This document shows positions 34,450 through 42,506 of a stretch of 64,000 nucleotides of DNA, in pieces. A program made the translations under genes and the position numbers. Location of the stretch: positions 17,382 to 81,381 of the forward strand of contig CAYHPY010000001.1 of the NCBI GenBank assembly GCA_964358485.1, written 5' to 3'. This stretch comes from an uncultured Elusimicrobia bacterium (GTDB lineage Bacteria; Elusimicrobiota; Elusimicrobia; UBA1565; UBA9628). The notes under the pieces were generated by a model. That model ran no database searches. It worked only from the letters and a program-made list of their open reading frames with translations, and was not told the origin of the DNA. The stretch's first letter is position 1, and the number at the start of each line of letters is the position of its first letter.

Positions 34450-35144
34450 GTCCCCTCCGACTGCTTCAGAAATTCCTCGGCCGCCGCCAAATCCTCGGGG
34501 CGGTCCACGTCGATGGTTTTGCCCAGGTCCACGCCGGCCACGGGGGCGCCCTCCGCGATCAGGCTCCCCAGGTAGGAGCGCAGGTTCGGGTAGGCCGCGG
34601 CCGCCGGCAGGCGGCGGGCCAGTTCCGGGTCCAACCGATAGAGGCCGGCCGTCGCGAATTTTTTCCCCTGGGCGTTTTCGCCCAGGGCCGAGATCCGGCC
34701 ATTTTCGTCGAGGTCGGCCCATAGGGGTTTCTCGTCGTTGATATAACTGCTGACCCCGAGGGCATTTGTATAACGCCCGGGGTCGATCATTCGTTCCAGG
34801 GCGGCGGGGGGCAGGAGGCAATCGACGGTGGAGATGACAAACGGCTCATCGCCCAATTCGGCCAAAGTTCCGGCGACGAGCCGGAAGCTCTCCCAAGACG
34901 ATTTCGTGTCCGCCTTTAAAAAGATAAGTTCCGTACCCCTAAATTCCGTTTCCAGAAATTTTTTCACCGCCGTTCCTCTGCTGTTTATTAGGACCACGAT
35001 CTTTTTCATGCCCGCCGCCAAAAGCCCCCGCACGACCCAGCCGATCAGCGGAACGCCCGCCACCGGGACCAAAGGTTTGGGCAGGCCGGGATGAGCCCCG
35101 GCCAGGCGGACTCCGTCTCCGGCGGCGATGATCCCCGCGTTCAC
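34437..35144 (-). CDS. Sugar-phosphate or inositol-phosphate nucleotidyltransferase (NTP_transferase family). Uses a GTG start.
   Basis: Canonical motif IIAAGDGVRLAGAHPGLPKPLVPVAGVPLIGWVVRGL. The GTG start overlaps the HAD stop (GTGA). Confidence 0.75.
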   Translation of the reverse strand: MNAGIIAAGDGVRLAGAHPGLPKPLVPVAGVPLIGWVVRGLLAAGMKKIVVLINSRGTAVKKFLETEFRGTELIFLKADTKSSWESFRLVAGTLAELGDEPFVISTVDCLLPPAALERMIDPGRYTNALGVSSYINDEKPLWADLDENGRISALGENAQGKKFATAGLYRLDPELARRLPAAAAYPNLRSYLGSLIAEGAPVAGVDLGKTIDVDRPEDLAAAEEFLKQSEGTWKA

Positions 35145-35824
35145 GCCGCCTCCGAGAGCCGGGGCTCCAGCTCCGACAGGGTGGAAATCCTCCACCCCTG
35201 GCGGCAGCAGGAGGGCCCGCCGTTTCGGGCCAGCAGGGCGTGGCGCAGCCCCAGGTTTTCGGCCCCGCGCATGTCCCGCGGGATGGAGTCTCCCACCATC
35301 ACGCAGTCCCCGGGCCGAAGTCCCAGGGCTTCGATGGCGAAGCGGAAAAGGCGGGCATCCGGTTTTTCCACGCCCACCGCGCCGGAATCGGCGACCACGT
35401 CGAACAAATCGCGCAGGCCTTCGGCCGCCAGAACGCTTTCCAGGTTTCCGTAGAAATTGGAGACGATCCCGAGGCGAAAGCGGGCCGCCAAGCGCTCCAG
35501 GACGGGGCGGTTTAGGGCGAAATTCGCCCGGCATTCCTTGAGAAATTCATCCACCACCAGGCGTTCCAGATTCGACTCTCCGCCCCGGCCGCGGCCGAGG
35601 CCTTCCAAGACGCAGCGGACTTGGAGGGAGAGGGTTTCGCGTAGGCCCAGGTTCTTGAGGGGGAAGCGACGCGAGAGATTGTCGTCCGAGGCGTAGAAAG
35701 CCTTGTCGAAGTCGGCCCGGTCCCGGACCACCCCGCTTTCCTTATAGATGCGAAAGAATCGGTCCCCCCAGGCGGCGCCCCGGGAATCGAGGGTTCCTCC
35801 AAAATCGAAAAGAATGGATTTCAT
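35141..35824 (-). CDS. HAD-superfamily phosphatase.
   Basis: Motif I LFDFGGTLD (DxDxT-type), motif III K, and motif IV MVGDSIPRD. It is the first gene of the operon. Confidence 0.75.
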   Translation of the reverse strand: MKSILFDFGGTLDSRGAAWGDRFFRIYKESGVVRDRADFDKAFYASDDNLSRRFPLKNLGLRETLSLQVRCVLEGLGRGRGGESNLERLVVDEFLKECRANFALNRPVLERLAARFRLGIVSNFYGNLESVLAAEGLRDLFDVVADSGAVGVEKPDARLFRFAIEALGLRPGDCVMVGDSIPRDMRGAENLGLRHALLARNGGPSCCRQGWRISTLSELEPRLSEAA

Positions 35825-35901
35825 GGTCGGGGGCAATCGCTGATTTTACCAATCCTGGCGCCGACCGTCCAGTCGCTGTTTGGACGGGAATTTGTCTGGG
35901 C

Positions 35902-35930
35902 CTTGACAAACCGGCCAGGACCTGTTATTA
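35902..35930 (+). promoter_or_regulatory. Near-consensus sigma70 promoter upstream of pilM.
   Basis: TTGACA, a 17-nt spacer, then TATTAA. It lies about 110 bp upstream of the pilM ATG, in the divergent region shared with the inositol operon. Confidence 0.55.
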
Positions 35931-36039
35931 ATAGAGGAAATAAGGCACAACCGGGCGCGAGCCCGGGTTCGTGGTGCCGACGCGCCGAGTCGATCCGTCC
36001 CTGATTGGGCGGGTCTCGGCGCTTTTTTTGTGAGATAAA

Positions 36040-37200
36040 ATGCCAGGGAAACTGGACGCGATAAAGGCAAAGCTGGGCTCGGTGCCCGGCATGGATAAAT
36101 TGGGGGCCCTCTTCTGGGGGCCGACCGATGTTCTTGCCATCGATGTGGGAAGCTACTCCGTGAAGGCCGCTTTGATCGTCACCGAGGCCGGCAAACCCAA
36201 GCTCAAGGCCTGGGGTTACCTTCCCTTGGATCTGAAAGCCGACGCGACCCCCGAGGAGCGCAAGACCAAAACCGTCAACGCGCTTCGGGCGTTTATGATC
36301 CAGAAAAACGTCACCGTCAAGGACGTCTCGACGGCGCTGTCCGGAAACTCGGTCATCGTGCGCTACGTCAAATTCCCCAGGCTGACCCGCGGAGAGCTCG
36401 CGGCGACCATCGCCACCGAGGCGGAGCCTTTCATCCCATTCGACATCAACGACGTCCAGCTGGGCTTTCACATCCTCAACGACACCTTGGTCGAGGAAGG
36501 CCAGAAAAAGATGGAGACGGTCCTGGTCGCGGCGAAAAAAGACCTGGTCAGCCAGCGGATCGAGGTGCTTCAGGCCGCGGGCCTCAACCCCGCGGTCATC
36601 GACGTGGACTCCTTCGCCCTGGAGAACGTCTACGAGAAGGTCCGCGATCCCAAGGGAGAGACCGGCTCGACCCTCTACTTGAACATCGGCCACATGGTCA
36701 CCAATCTTTCCATCATCGAGGCGGGCGTGACCCGCGTGGTGCGCGACATTTTCATCTCGGGAAACACCCTGACCAAGGCGATCATGAAGGCTCTTCAGGT
36801 CGACGCGGCCAAGGCCGAGGAGCTCAAGAAAGCCAACGGGATCATCGTCGACCCCGCCGAGAAGGAGAAGGCCTTGGCCGCCAACCAGCGGGAGGCGCTC
36901 GGGGTGTCTCAAGCCGTGGCGACCGTGGCCAAGGATCTGGTCGGCGAGGTGACCCGCTCGGTGGACTTCTATCTTTCCCAGGGGGCGGAGCGCTCCATCG
37001 GCCGGATCGTCCTGGCCGGCGGCAGCGCCCGGCTCAAGAATCTGACCAAACATCTGTCCGGCGAGCTCAAGGTCCCCGTGACGGTGCTCGATCCCTTCGC
37101 GTTTTTTTCCGAGCAGCCGGTCGGCTTGCCGGAAGAGCAGAAGTCCTCGTTCGGCGTGGCGATCGGCTTGGCCCTGCGGCGCAACAAGGATTGGCTCTAA
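36040..37200 (+). CDS. pilM: Type IV pilus assembly protein PilM (actin-like ATPase).
   Basis: VLAIDVGSYSVKAALI…TVLDPFAFF and the overall PilM/FtsA-like fold. First gene of pilMNOPQ. Confidence 0.85.
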   Translation: MPGKLDAIKAKLGSVPGMDKLGALFWGPTDVLAIDVGSYSVKAALIVTEAGKPKLKAWGYLPLDLKADATPEERKTKTVNALRAFMIQKNVTVKDVSTALSGNSVIVRYVKFPRLTRGELAATIATEAEPFIPFDINDVQLGFHILNDTLVEEGQKKMETVLVAAKKDLVSQRIEVLQAAGLNPAVIDVDSFALENVYEKVRDPKGETGSTLYLNIGHMVTNLSIIEAGVTRVVRDIFISGNTLTKAIMKALQVDAAKAEELKKANGIIVDPAEKEKALAANQREALGVSQAVATVAKDLVGEVTRSVDFYLSQGAERSIGRIVLAGGSARLKNLTKHLSGELKVPVTVLDPFAFFSEQPVGLPEEQKSSFGVAIGLALRRNKDWL

Positions 37201-37201
37201 A

Positions 37202-37762
37202 ATGTCGATAAAAATAAACCTTGTTCCCACGGAACTGCTGGCCAAGGCGGCCCAGCGCCAGCAGGTCATCCAATTCGGCATGGTTTCGGTCGTGGTCGTC
37301 ATGCTGATCGCCGGCGTCTCCTTTATGCATTTTATGAAGGCCAAAAAGCTGGAGGGCGAGTTGGCCGTGCAGGAGGCCGAGCTCAAGCGGCTGGCGGCCA
37401 TCGTCGCGAAGGTGGAGGAGTTGGAAAAGGCCGTGGCGGAGGTCCGAGCCAAGCTCGGGGTGGTGACCGATCTCCTCAAGACCCGGCCGTTGTATCCATT
37501 TTTCATGTCCGATTTCGCGAAATCGGTTCCCGCGAGCGTGACGGTCAAGAGCCTCGACACGGTCGGGCAAGCCAACAGCGTCCTGAAGCTCAGCATCATC
37601 GCCGAATCCCGGACTTCCGAGGACATCGCCGGCTGGATCCGGGCGATGGAAGAGTCGGGGCGGTTCAGCGAAGTTCAGCTGACCGGCTCCGTCAACGTGA
37701 CCGAGGTCGATGGGAGGATTTACGCTTTCACCATGACGAGCATGTACTCTCCCAAACTCTGA
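37202..37762 (+). CDS. pilN: Type IV pilus assembly protein PilN.
   Basis: INLVPTELL N-terminus, a single TM helix, then a coiled coil. Position in the operon. Confidence 0.8.
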   Translation: MSIKINLVPTELLAKAAQRQQVIQFGMVSVVVVMLIAGVSFMHFMKAKKLEGELAVQEAELKRLAAIVAKVEELEKAVAEVRAKLGVVTDLLKTRPLYPFFMSDFAKSVPASVTVKSLDTVGQANSVLKLSIIAESRTSEDIAGWIRAMEESGRFSEVQLTGSVNVTEVDGRIYAFTMTSMYSPKL

Positions 37763-38307
37763 TGGCGATAAAACTGACCAATAAACAAAAGCAGTACCTG
37801 GTGGCCGGGGTCATCATGACCGGGGCCTTCGGCTTCGTCTATTTTAAATTCTTCTGGCTTCCGATCTCCCAGAAGATCAAGGAGACCCAGGACAAGATCG
37901 AGGCCACGACGGCTAAAATCCAAAAGGCCCACGCCAAAGCCGCTCAGCTTTCTCGGGTGGAAGCCGATTTGGCCATGCTCAATGAGCAGGCCGCCGAGGC
38001 GGAACGGCGCCTTCCCAAGACCCGGTCGGTGCCGGAGATCCTGGTGACGGCGACGGCTCTGGCCCAAAAGCACAACGTGGCCATCAATATTTTCACGTTG
38101 GGCGGCCAGGCGGGAAAAACTTATTTTTACGAGCTCTTCTATCCGTTGAGTTTGCGCGGCTCCTTCCACAACATCGGGCGTTTCCTGGCCGCGATCTCCT
38201 TGGAGCAGCGGATCTTCAACGTCACCAACGTGCGTTACGGCACCCCGAACGAAAAGGGCGAATTGCAGGTGACCCTGACCTTGGTTTCCTACCAATATAA
38301 AGGATGA
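37762..38307 (+). CDS. pilO: Type IV pilus assembly protein PilO.
   Basis: N-terminal TM helix followed by a coiled coil. Synteny between pilN and pilP. Confidence 0.75.
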   Translation: MAIKLTNKQKQYLVAGVIMTGAFGFVYFKFFWLPISQKIKETQDKIEATTAKIQKAHAKAAQLSRVEADLAMLNEQAAEAERRLPKTRSVPEILVTATALAQKHNVAINIFTLGGQAGKTYFYELFYPLSLRGSFHNIGRFLAAISLEQRIFNVTNVRYGTPNEKGELQVTLTLVSYQYKG

Positions 38308-38894
38308 TCATCCTCGGCGTTGGGACTTGGCGGCTTTCCGGCGGCTTGGCCGCGGGGTTGGTCTTTGCCGCCTCCTCATCCTTCGCAAGCCCGGCCGCGA
38401 CTCCCGCGACGGCGGTCGCGGCCTCCACCACGACCGCCCAATCGGTTTCTTCGATCTATACCGCCGATCATTCCCGGGACCCCTTCATCCGGCCGGTCGC
38501 GGTGAGCCAGTCCGGCTCGGCGGCGGCCGCCGCGGCGGCGGCGGGAGGGGAACCTCCGGAAGCTCCGGAGTTCAGCATCCACGCCTTGAATCTGCGCGCC
38601 ATCATGAAGGATTCCTCCGCGGAATTCGCCTTGTTCTCGGATCCAAATTCCGGCGGGACTTTCATTTTTCGCAAAGGCCGGCTTTACGATCCCAAGAACA
38701 AGCCGGTCGACGGCGTCAAGGGAAGTATTAAAATCAAGCAGAAAACCGTGACGCTCCAGACGGAAGACGAAGACGTTCAGGTCTTCCGCCTGGGAGAAGA
38801 CAAGGATGAGCCGGGGGGCAAGCCCGCGGACAAGCCGGCGGCCGCCGCCGCTCCCGCTCCTCCGACAAGCGCCGCTTCCGGTGGACGGGAATAA
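38304..38894 (+). CDS. pilP: Type IV pilus assembly protein PilP-like.
   Basis: Signal/lipoprotein-like N-terminus, an RDPF motif, and a beta-domain. Synteny before pilQ. Confidence 0.65.
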   Translation: MIILGVGTWRLSGGLAAGLVFAASSSFASPAATPATAVAASTTTAQSVSSIYTADHSRDPFIRPVAVSQSGSAAAAAAAAGGEPPEAPEFSIHALNLRAIMKDSSAEFALFSDPNSGGTFIFRKGRLYDPKNKPVDGVKGSIKIKQKTVTLQTEDEDVQVFRLGEDKDEPGGKPADKPAAAAAPAPPTSAASGGRE

Positions 38895-38933
38895 GCGCGA
38901 TGCTAAATATATTGCCCGAGAGGGGATGAAGCC

Positions 38934-41147
38934 ATGATTCGAGAGCTCCTCAGACGATCGCTCGCCGCGCTGCTCGCCGCCCTGCTTTGCGTGCCCCATG
39001 GGCTTGTCGGATCCGCCCTCGCGGCGGAGACGGCCGGAAAAACCGAAAAGGCCGCCGCGGTTCCCGCTCTCACGCCCGCCGTGGCCTCTTCGACGGCGAC
39101 CGCCGCCGCGCCTGCTTCGGCCCCGACTCCGGTGGCCAAGGCCAAGCCCAAACCGAAACCCGCGCCCAAGCCCGCTCCGGCGGCGGCTTCGGTCCTCCAG
39201 GGCGTCGAACTGGGGGAGGACACGGTCCGCCTAAAGCTTTCCTCCCCGGCACGGTATCGGAGCTCGATTTCGTCCAATCCCCCGCGCCTGGTTCTGGATT
39301 TGATCGACACGGATCACCGCCTCGGAGTCCCGTCTGTCGCGGGGCGGGGAAAAGTCCTGCTGCGCCTACGGTCCTCCCAATTGTCCCCCGGGCCCAAGGC
39401 GGTCACGCGGGTCGCCCTGGATTTGAACGGGCAGGCCAACTACAAGGTTTCCGCCGATGGAAACGATTTGGTCGTCGCCCTGATCGGGGCCGAGGCTCCC
39501 GTCGCGGCGGCGCCCGTTCCCGCGGCGGAGCCCGCTCCCGTGACGGCGGCGCCCGCTCCCGTGGCGGCGGCGGCGCCGGTCATTGCGGCCGTCCCGGTCG
39601 TGACGGAGAAAACCGTTCCCGCTCCCCGTCCCAAAGTGAAAGTTCCCCCGGCGGCCCCCGCTCCGGTGGCGGCGGCCGTTCCCGAAATGGAGCCCGGTTC
39701 CATGGGCGTCGAAATTTCCGCTGAGCTCGGGGCCATGGCGGCCAAGGGTGAAGCCGTCGCCTCCTCCTCCGCGGAGCCCGGCCCGATGCTGACTTCCAGC
39801 GGGGGGGAACTTCCTCCGGGACTTCAAAGCGCCCGCCGGGTCGTTCGCGGGGATATGATCAGCCGCCTTCCCCGCGACCGGGTGGATTTGGAGTTCGACA
39901 ACACCGACGTCAAGGACATCATTAAACTGCTCTCGGCCAAGGCCAAGATCAACATGATCCACGGCCCCGACGTGACGGGAACCTTGACCCTCCACCTTCA
40001 GGACGTTCCGTTCCACGAGGCTTTCCGGACGATCCTCTCCATGATGGGCCTGACCACGACCCAGGTGGGGGACAATATCCTTCGGATCCTCACCCCATCG
40101 TCGTTGGACAAGATTCAGTCCGCGTCGGGGGGCGGGGCCAGCAAGGTGGTCCTTCTCCACTACGGCAAGGCCTCCGACATCGCCGAGGCGTTGCAGGCCG
40201 CCAAGACGGCCGAGGGACGCAAGTCCGGCATGGTCAAGCCCAATGAACTTCTCAACGCCCTGATTCTGACCGACACTCCCGAGGGAATGGCGGCCACGGA
40301 ACGCCTGATCGCCGAGCTCGACGTCAAACCCCAGCAGATCCTCATCGAGACCAAGCTCGTCGAGATCACCCTGGGCCGGGACATCCACTACGGCATCCAG
40401 TGGGATTATTTCGAGGTCGATCCGGGCCGGGCCTTGGGAAAAAACGGGCTCACGACCTTCGGTTCGGACGTGGGCGCCGCCTCGCCCGCCCTGCCGTTTA
40501 ATGAGGGCACGAGTTTGGCCCAGCAGAAGCCTCCCACGGCCGGCCAGGGAAGCCGTGGGACGGGGGTTAATCTCCCCGCCAACTCGGTCCTGGGCGCCTT
40601 CACTTTGGGGCGCGTGACCAATAACTTCTACGTCAACGCGGCGATCACGGCGGCGGCCAGCCAGGGCAAGGCCAAGGTCCTCTCCGATCCGAAAATCGCC
40701 ACCCTCAACAACAAGAAGGCGGAGTTCAACATCATCACTTCCTTCCCCTACAACGAGGCCACGGTGGCTTCGGGCGGCGGCGTCAACAACAACACGAAAT
40801 TCCTGGAGGTCGGCATCAAGCTGAGGGTGACTCCCACTCTCAACGCCGACGGGCGCGTGACCCTGGACATCGAACCCGAGGTTTCCAAGCCCGCGTCGGG
40901 CGCCGTGGCCGCCGGAGCCGCTCCCCCGGTGGACAAGCGCTACGCCAAGACCTGGGTGATCGTCAAGGACGGGGAAACCATCGTTCTGGGCGGCCTGATC
41001 AGCGACAACGTGGTCAACACCGTGGCCAAGATTCCGTTGTTCGGGGACCTGCCGTTGATCGGTTGGCTCTTCAAGAAGAAGTCGGTGACCCGCTCCCGCG
41101 GAGAACTGCTGATCTTCGTCACCCCCAAACTGCTCAACGACGCGTAA
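38934..41147 (+). CDS. pilQ: Type IV pilus secretin PilQ with an AMIN domain and a Pro/Ala-rich repeat linker.
   Basis: C-terminal secretin signature GGLISDNVVNTVAKIPLFGDLPLIGWLFKKKSVTRSRGELLIFVTPKLL. N-terminal AMIN-like region. Intragenic tandem APAPV(T/A)AA repeats at about 39480-39610. Confidence 0.9.
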   Translation: MIRELLRRSLAALLAALLCVPHGLVGSALAAETAGKTEKAAAVPALTPAVASSTATAAAPASAPTPVAKAKPKPKPAPKPAPAAASVLQGVELGEDTVRLKLSSPARYRSSISSNPPRLVLDLIDTDHRLGVPSVAGRGKVLLRLRSSQLSPGPKAVTRVALDLNGQANYKVSADGNDLVVALIGAEAPVAAAPVPAAEPAPVTAAPAPVAAAAPVIAAVPVVTEKTVPAPRPKVKVPPAAPAPVAAAVPEMEPGSMGVEISAELGAMAAKGEAVASSSAEPGPMLTSSGGELPPGLQSARRVVRGDMISRLPRDRVDLEFDNTDVKDIIKLLSAKAKINMIHGPDVTGTLTLHLQDVPFHEAFRTILSMMGLTTTQVGDNILRILTPSSLDKIQSASGGGASKVVLLHYGKASDIAEALQAAKTAEGRKSGMVKPNELLNALILTDTPEGMAATERLIAELDVKPQQILIETKLVEITLGRDIHYGIQWDYFEVDPGRALGKNGLTTFGSDVGAASPALPFNEGTSLAQQKPPTAGQGSRGTGVNLPANSVLGAFTLGRVTNNFYVNAAITAAASQGKAKVLSDPKIATLNNKKAEFNIITSFPYNEATVASGGGVNNNTKFLEVGIKLRVTPTLNADGRVTLDIEPEVSKPASGAVAAGAAPPVDKRYAKTWVIVKDGETIVLGGLISDNVVNTVAKIPLFGDLPLIGWLFKKKSVTRSRGELLIFVTPKLLNDA

Positions 41148-41156
41148 GAGCGGGGG

Positions 41157-42506
41157 ATGCTGCCGCTGCTGGTCTGTCTGCTGGTGGCGGCCGGGCCCGC
41201 GTTGTCGGCCGCTTTTCCGGAGCGCGCGCCGGTCCTTCTGCTGCAGGCCGGGGCCGGGGGATTGTTTCTGTGGATGACCGGCCGCGTCGGGGCCGGCTAT
41301 GTTCCCCTGCCCTCCGGGCGCGTCCTGGCTTGGTCGGCGGCCCTGCTCCTGCTAGGCACCCTTTCCGCGCGGCTGAGCCCGCTCTGGTCCCAAACCGCCG
41401 TTTTCTGGCGCCCGATGACGGCCGGCATCCTGATCGTGCTGGCCATGGCCGGCGTCTCCAAGGGCCAACGCGGCTGGATCGACGAATTTTTGAGGGCCTC
41501 GGGCTGGGTCCTGATGGCGGTGGTCTTTTATCAAAGGTTTTCGGAGGGCACGGTCCGGCCGATGGGGCTATTCCTTTCGACGCAAGCCCTCGCGGCGTCG
41601 ATCCTGCTCCTTCTTCCCCTGGCGGTTCAACGGGAGGATTGGATTCTGACCGGGGGCTTATCGCTCGCCCTGTGCTGGAGCGGCGGGCCCGGCGCGTGGC
41701 TCGGCCTGGCCGCGGCCTTGGCCGTCGTTCGGGCCTGCGGGGTGGCGGGGTACTGGAGCGGCCTTGGGATCGGCTTGGTCGGACTGGTCGTCATTTACGG
41801 AAAATTCCAATCTCCGGAGGTGGTCGATCGCTGGCACTGGTGGGTCGCGGCCTGGAAGCTGGCCTGGGCCAAGCCGTGGCTCGGCTGGGGTCCCGGCGGC
41901 TTCGGGTCGGCCTCGGTGGTATTCCTTCATGATGGCTCGCCGGTCTCGGCCGACCCCTGGAACCTTCCATTGAGGCTGGCGGCGGAATACGGCTGGCCCT
42001 TCGCGCTCCTTTGGGGAGCGGGCATCCTTCATTGCCTTCGAATCGGCGGCCCGCATAAGAGCTTCGGCGCGATCGCCGTGCTGGTGCAGTCCTTGTGGGA
42101 GCCGGGGCTGGCGGCTCCGGCAAACTGGTGGCTTTTTTCCTATTTCGCCGGCTCCGCCCTTTCGGAAAGCGCTTACGGCTGGAACGTGGCGGCTCGCTAC
42201 AAGCTGCCCGGTTGCGTTTTCGCCGCGGGTCTGGGTTGGGCGCTGGTTCATGAATTAGGGAGGCCTCCTGCCCTTTCCGCCCCCGAATCCAGACGCGCCG
42301 CCGCGGAACTCGCCGGGGGTTCGGGCGCCGCCGTCCCGAGAGAACGAATCCTGGAGGCCGTCGCCTTCCTCGAGGAGTCCGCCGAGCGGGACCCGTTCGA
42401 CTCCGCGACCCGGGCGCAGCTGCAGCGCCTTTACGGGCGTTTGGGCTTGGAGGATCTCGCCCGGGCCCAGGCCGCCGAGGCCGCGGCGCTTCGGAGGCGC
42501 CCGTGA
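41157..42506 (+). CDS. O-antigen ligase / O-oligosaccharyltransferase (Wzy_C, PglL-like) family membrane protein with a C-terminal TPR-like tail.
   Basis: Polytopic membrane protein. A periplasmic loop region (…ILTGGLSLALCWSGGPGAWLG…) resembles that of Wzy_C/WaaL-family proteins. Starts 10 bp after pilQ. Confidence 0.5.
   Translation: MLPLLVCLLVAAGPALSAAFPERAPVLLLQAGAGGLFLWMTGRVGAGYVPLPSGRVLAWSAALLLLGTLSARLSPLWSQTAVFWRPMTAGILIVLAMAGVSKGQRGWIDEFLRASGWVLMAVVFYQRFSEGTVRPMGLFLSTQALAASILLLLPLAVQREDWILTGGLSLALCWSGGPGAWLGLAAALAVVRACGVAGYWSGLGIGLVGLVVIYGKFQSPEVVDRWHWWVAAWKLAWAKPWLGWGPGGFGSASVVFLHDGSPVSADPWNLPLRLAAEYGWPFALLWGAGILHCLRIGGPHKSFGAIAVLVQSLWEPGLAAPANWWLFSYFAGSALSESAYGWNVAARYKLPGCVFAAGLGWALVHELGRPPALSAPESRRAAAELAGGSGAAVPRERILEAVAFLEESAERDPFDSATRAQLQRLYGRLGLEDLARAQAAEAAALRRRP

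Noticed and set aside
33583-34821. N-terminal 124 aa of the ORF-track 412-aa protein (similarly the N-terminal extensions of ORFs 30089-31549, 48788-50710, 56453-57934, 52590-53969, 6626-8188 and 18054-18986).
   Set aside because: The upstream portions are low-complexity Arg/Pro/Gly-rich and overlap the neighbouring gene in another frame. Internal Met or GTG codons positioned at ATGA/GTGA junctions give proteins of the expected family length, so the shorter starts were used.
36000-36039. T7 run (GGCGCTTTTTTTGTG) just upstream of the pilM ATG as a terminator.
   Set aside because: The preceding stem is weak and imperfect, and the run lies in the 5' UTR downstream of a strong promoter. It is more likely part of the leader than a terminator.
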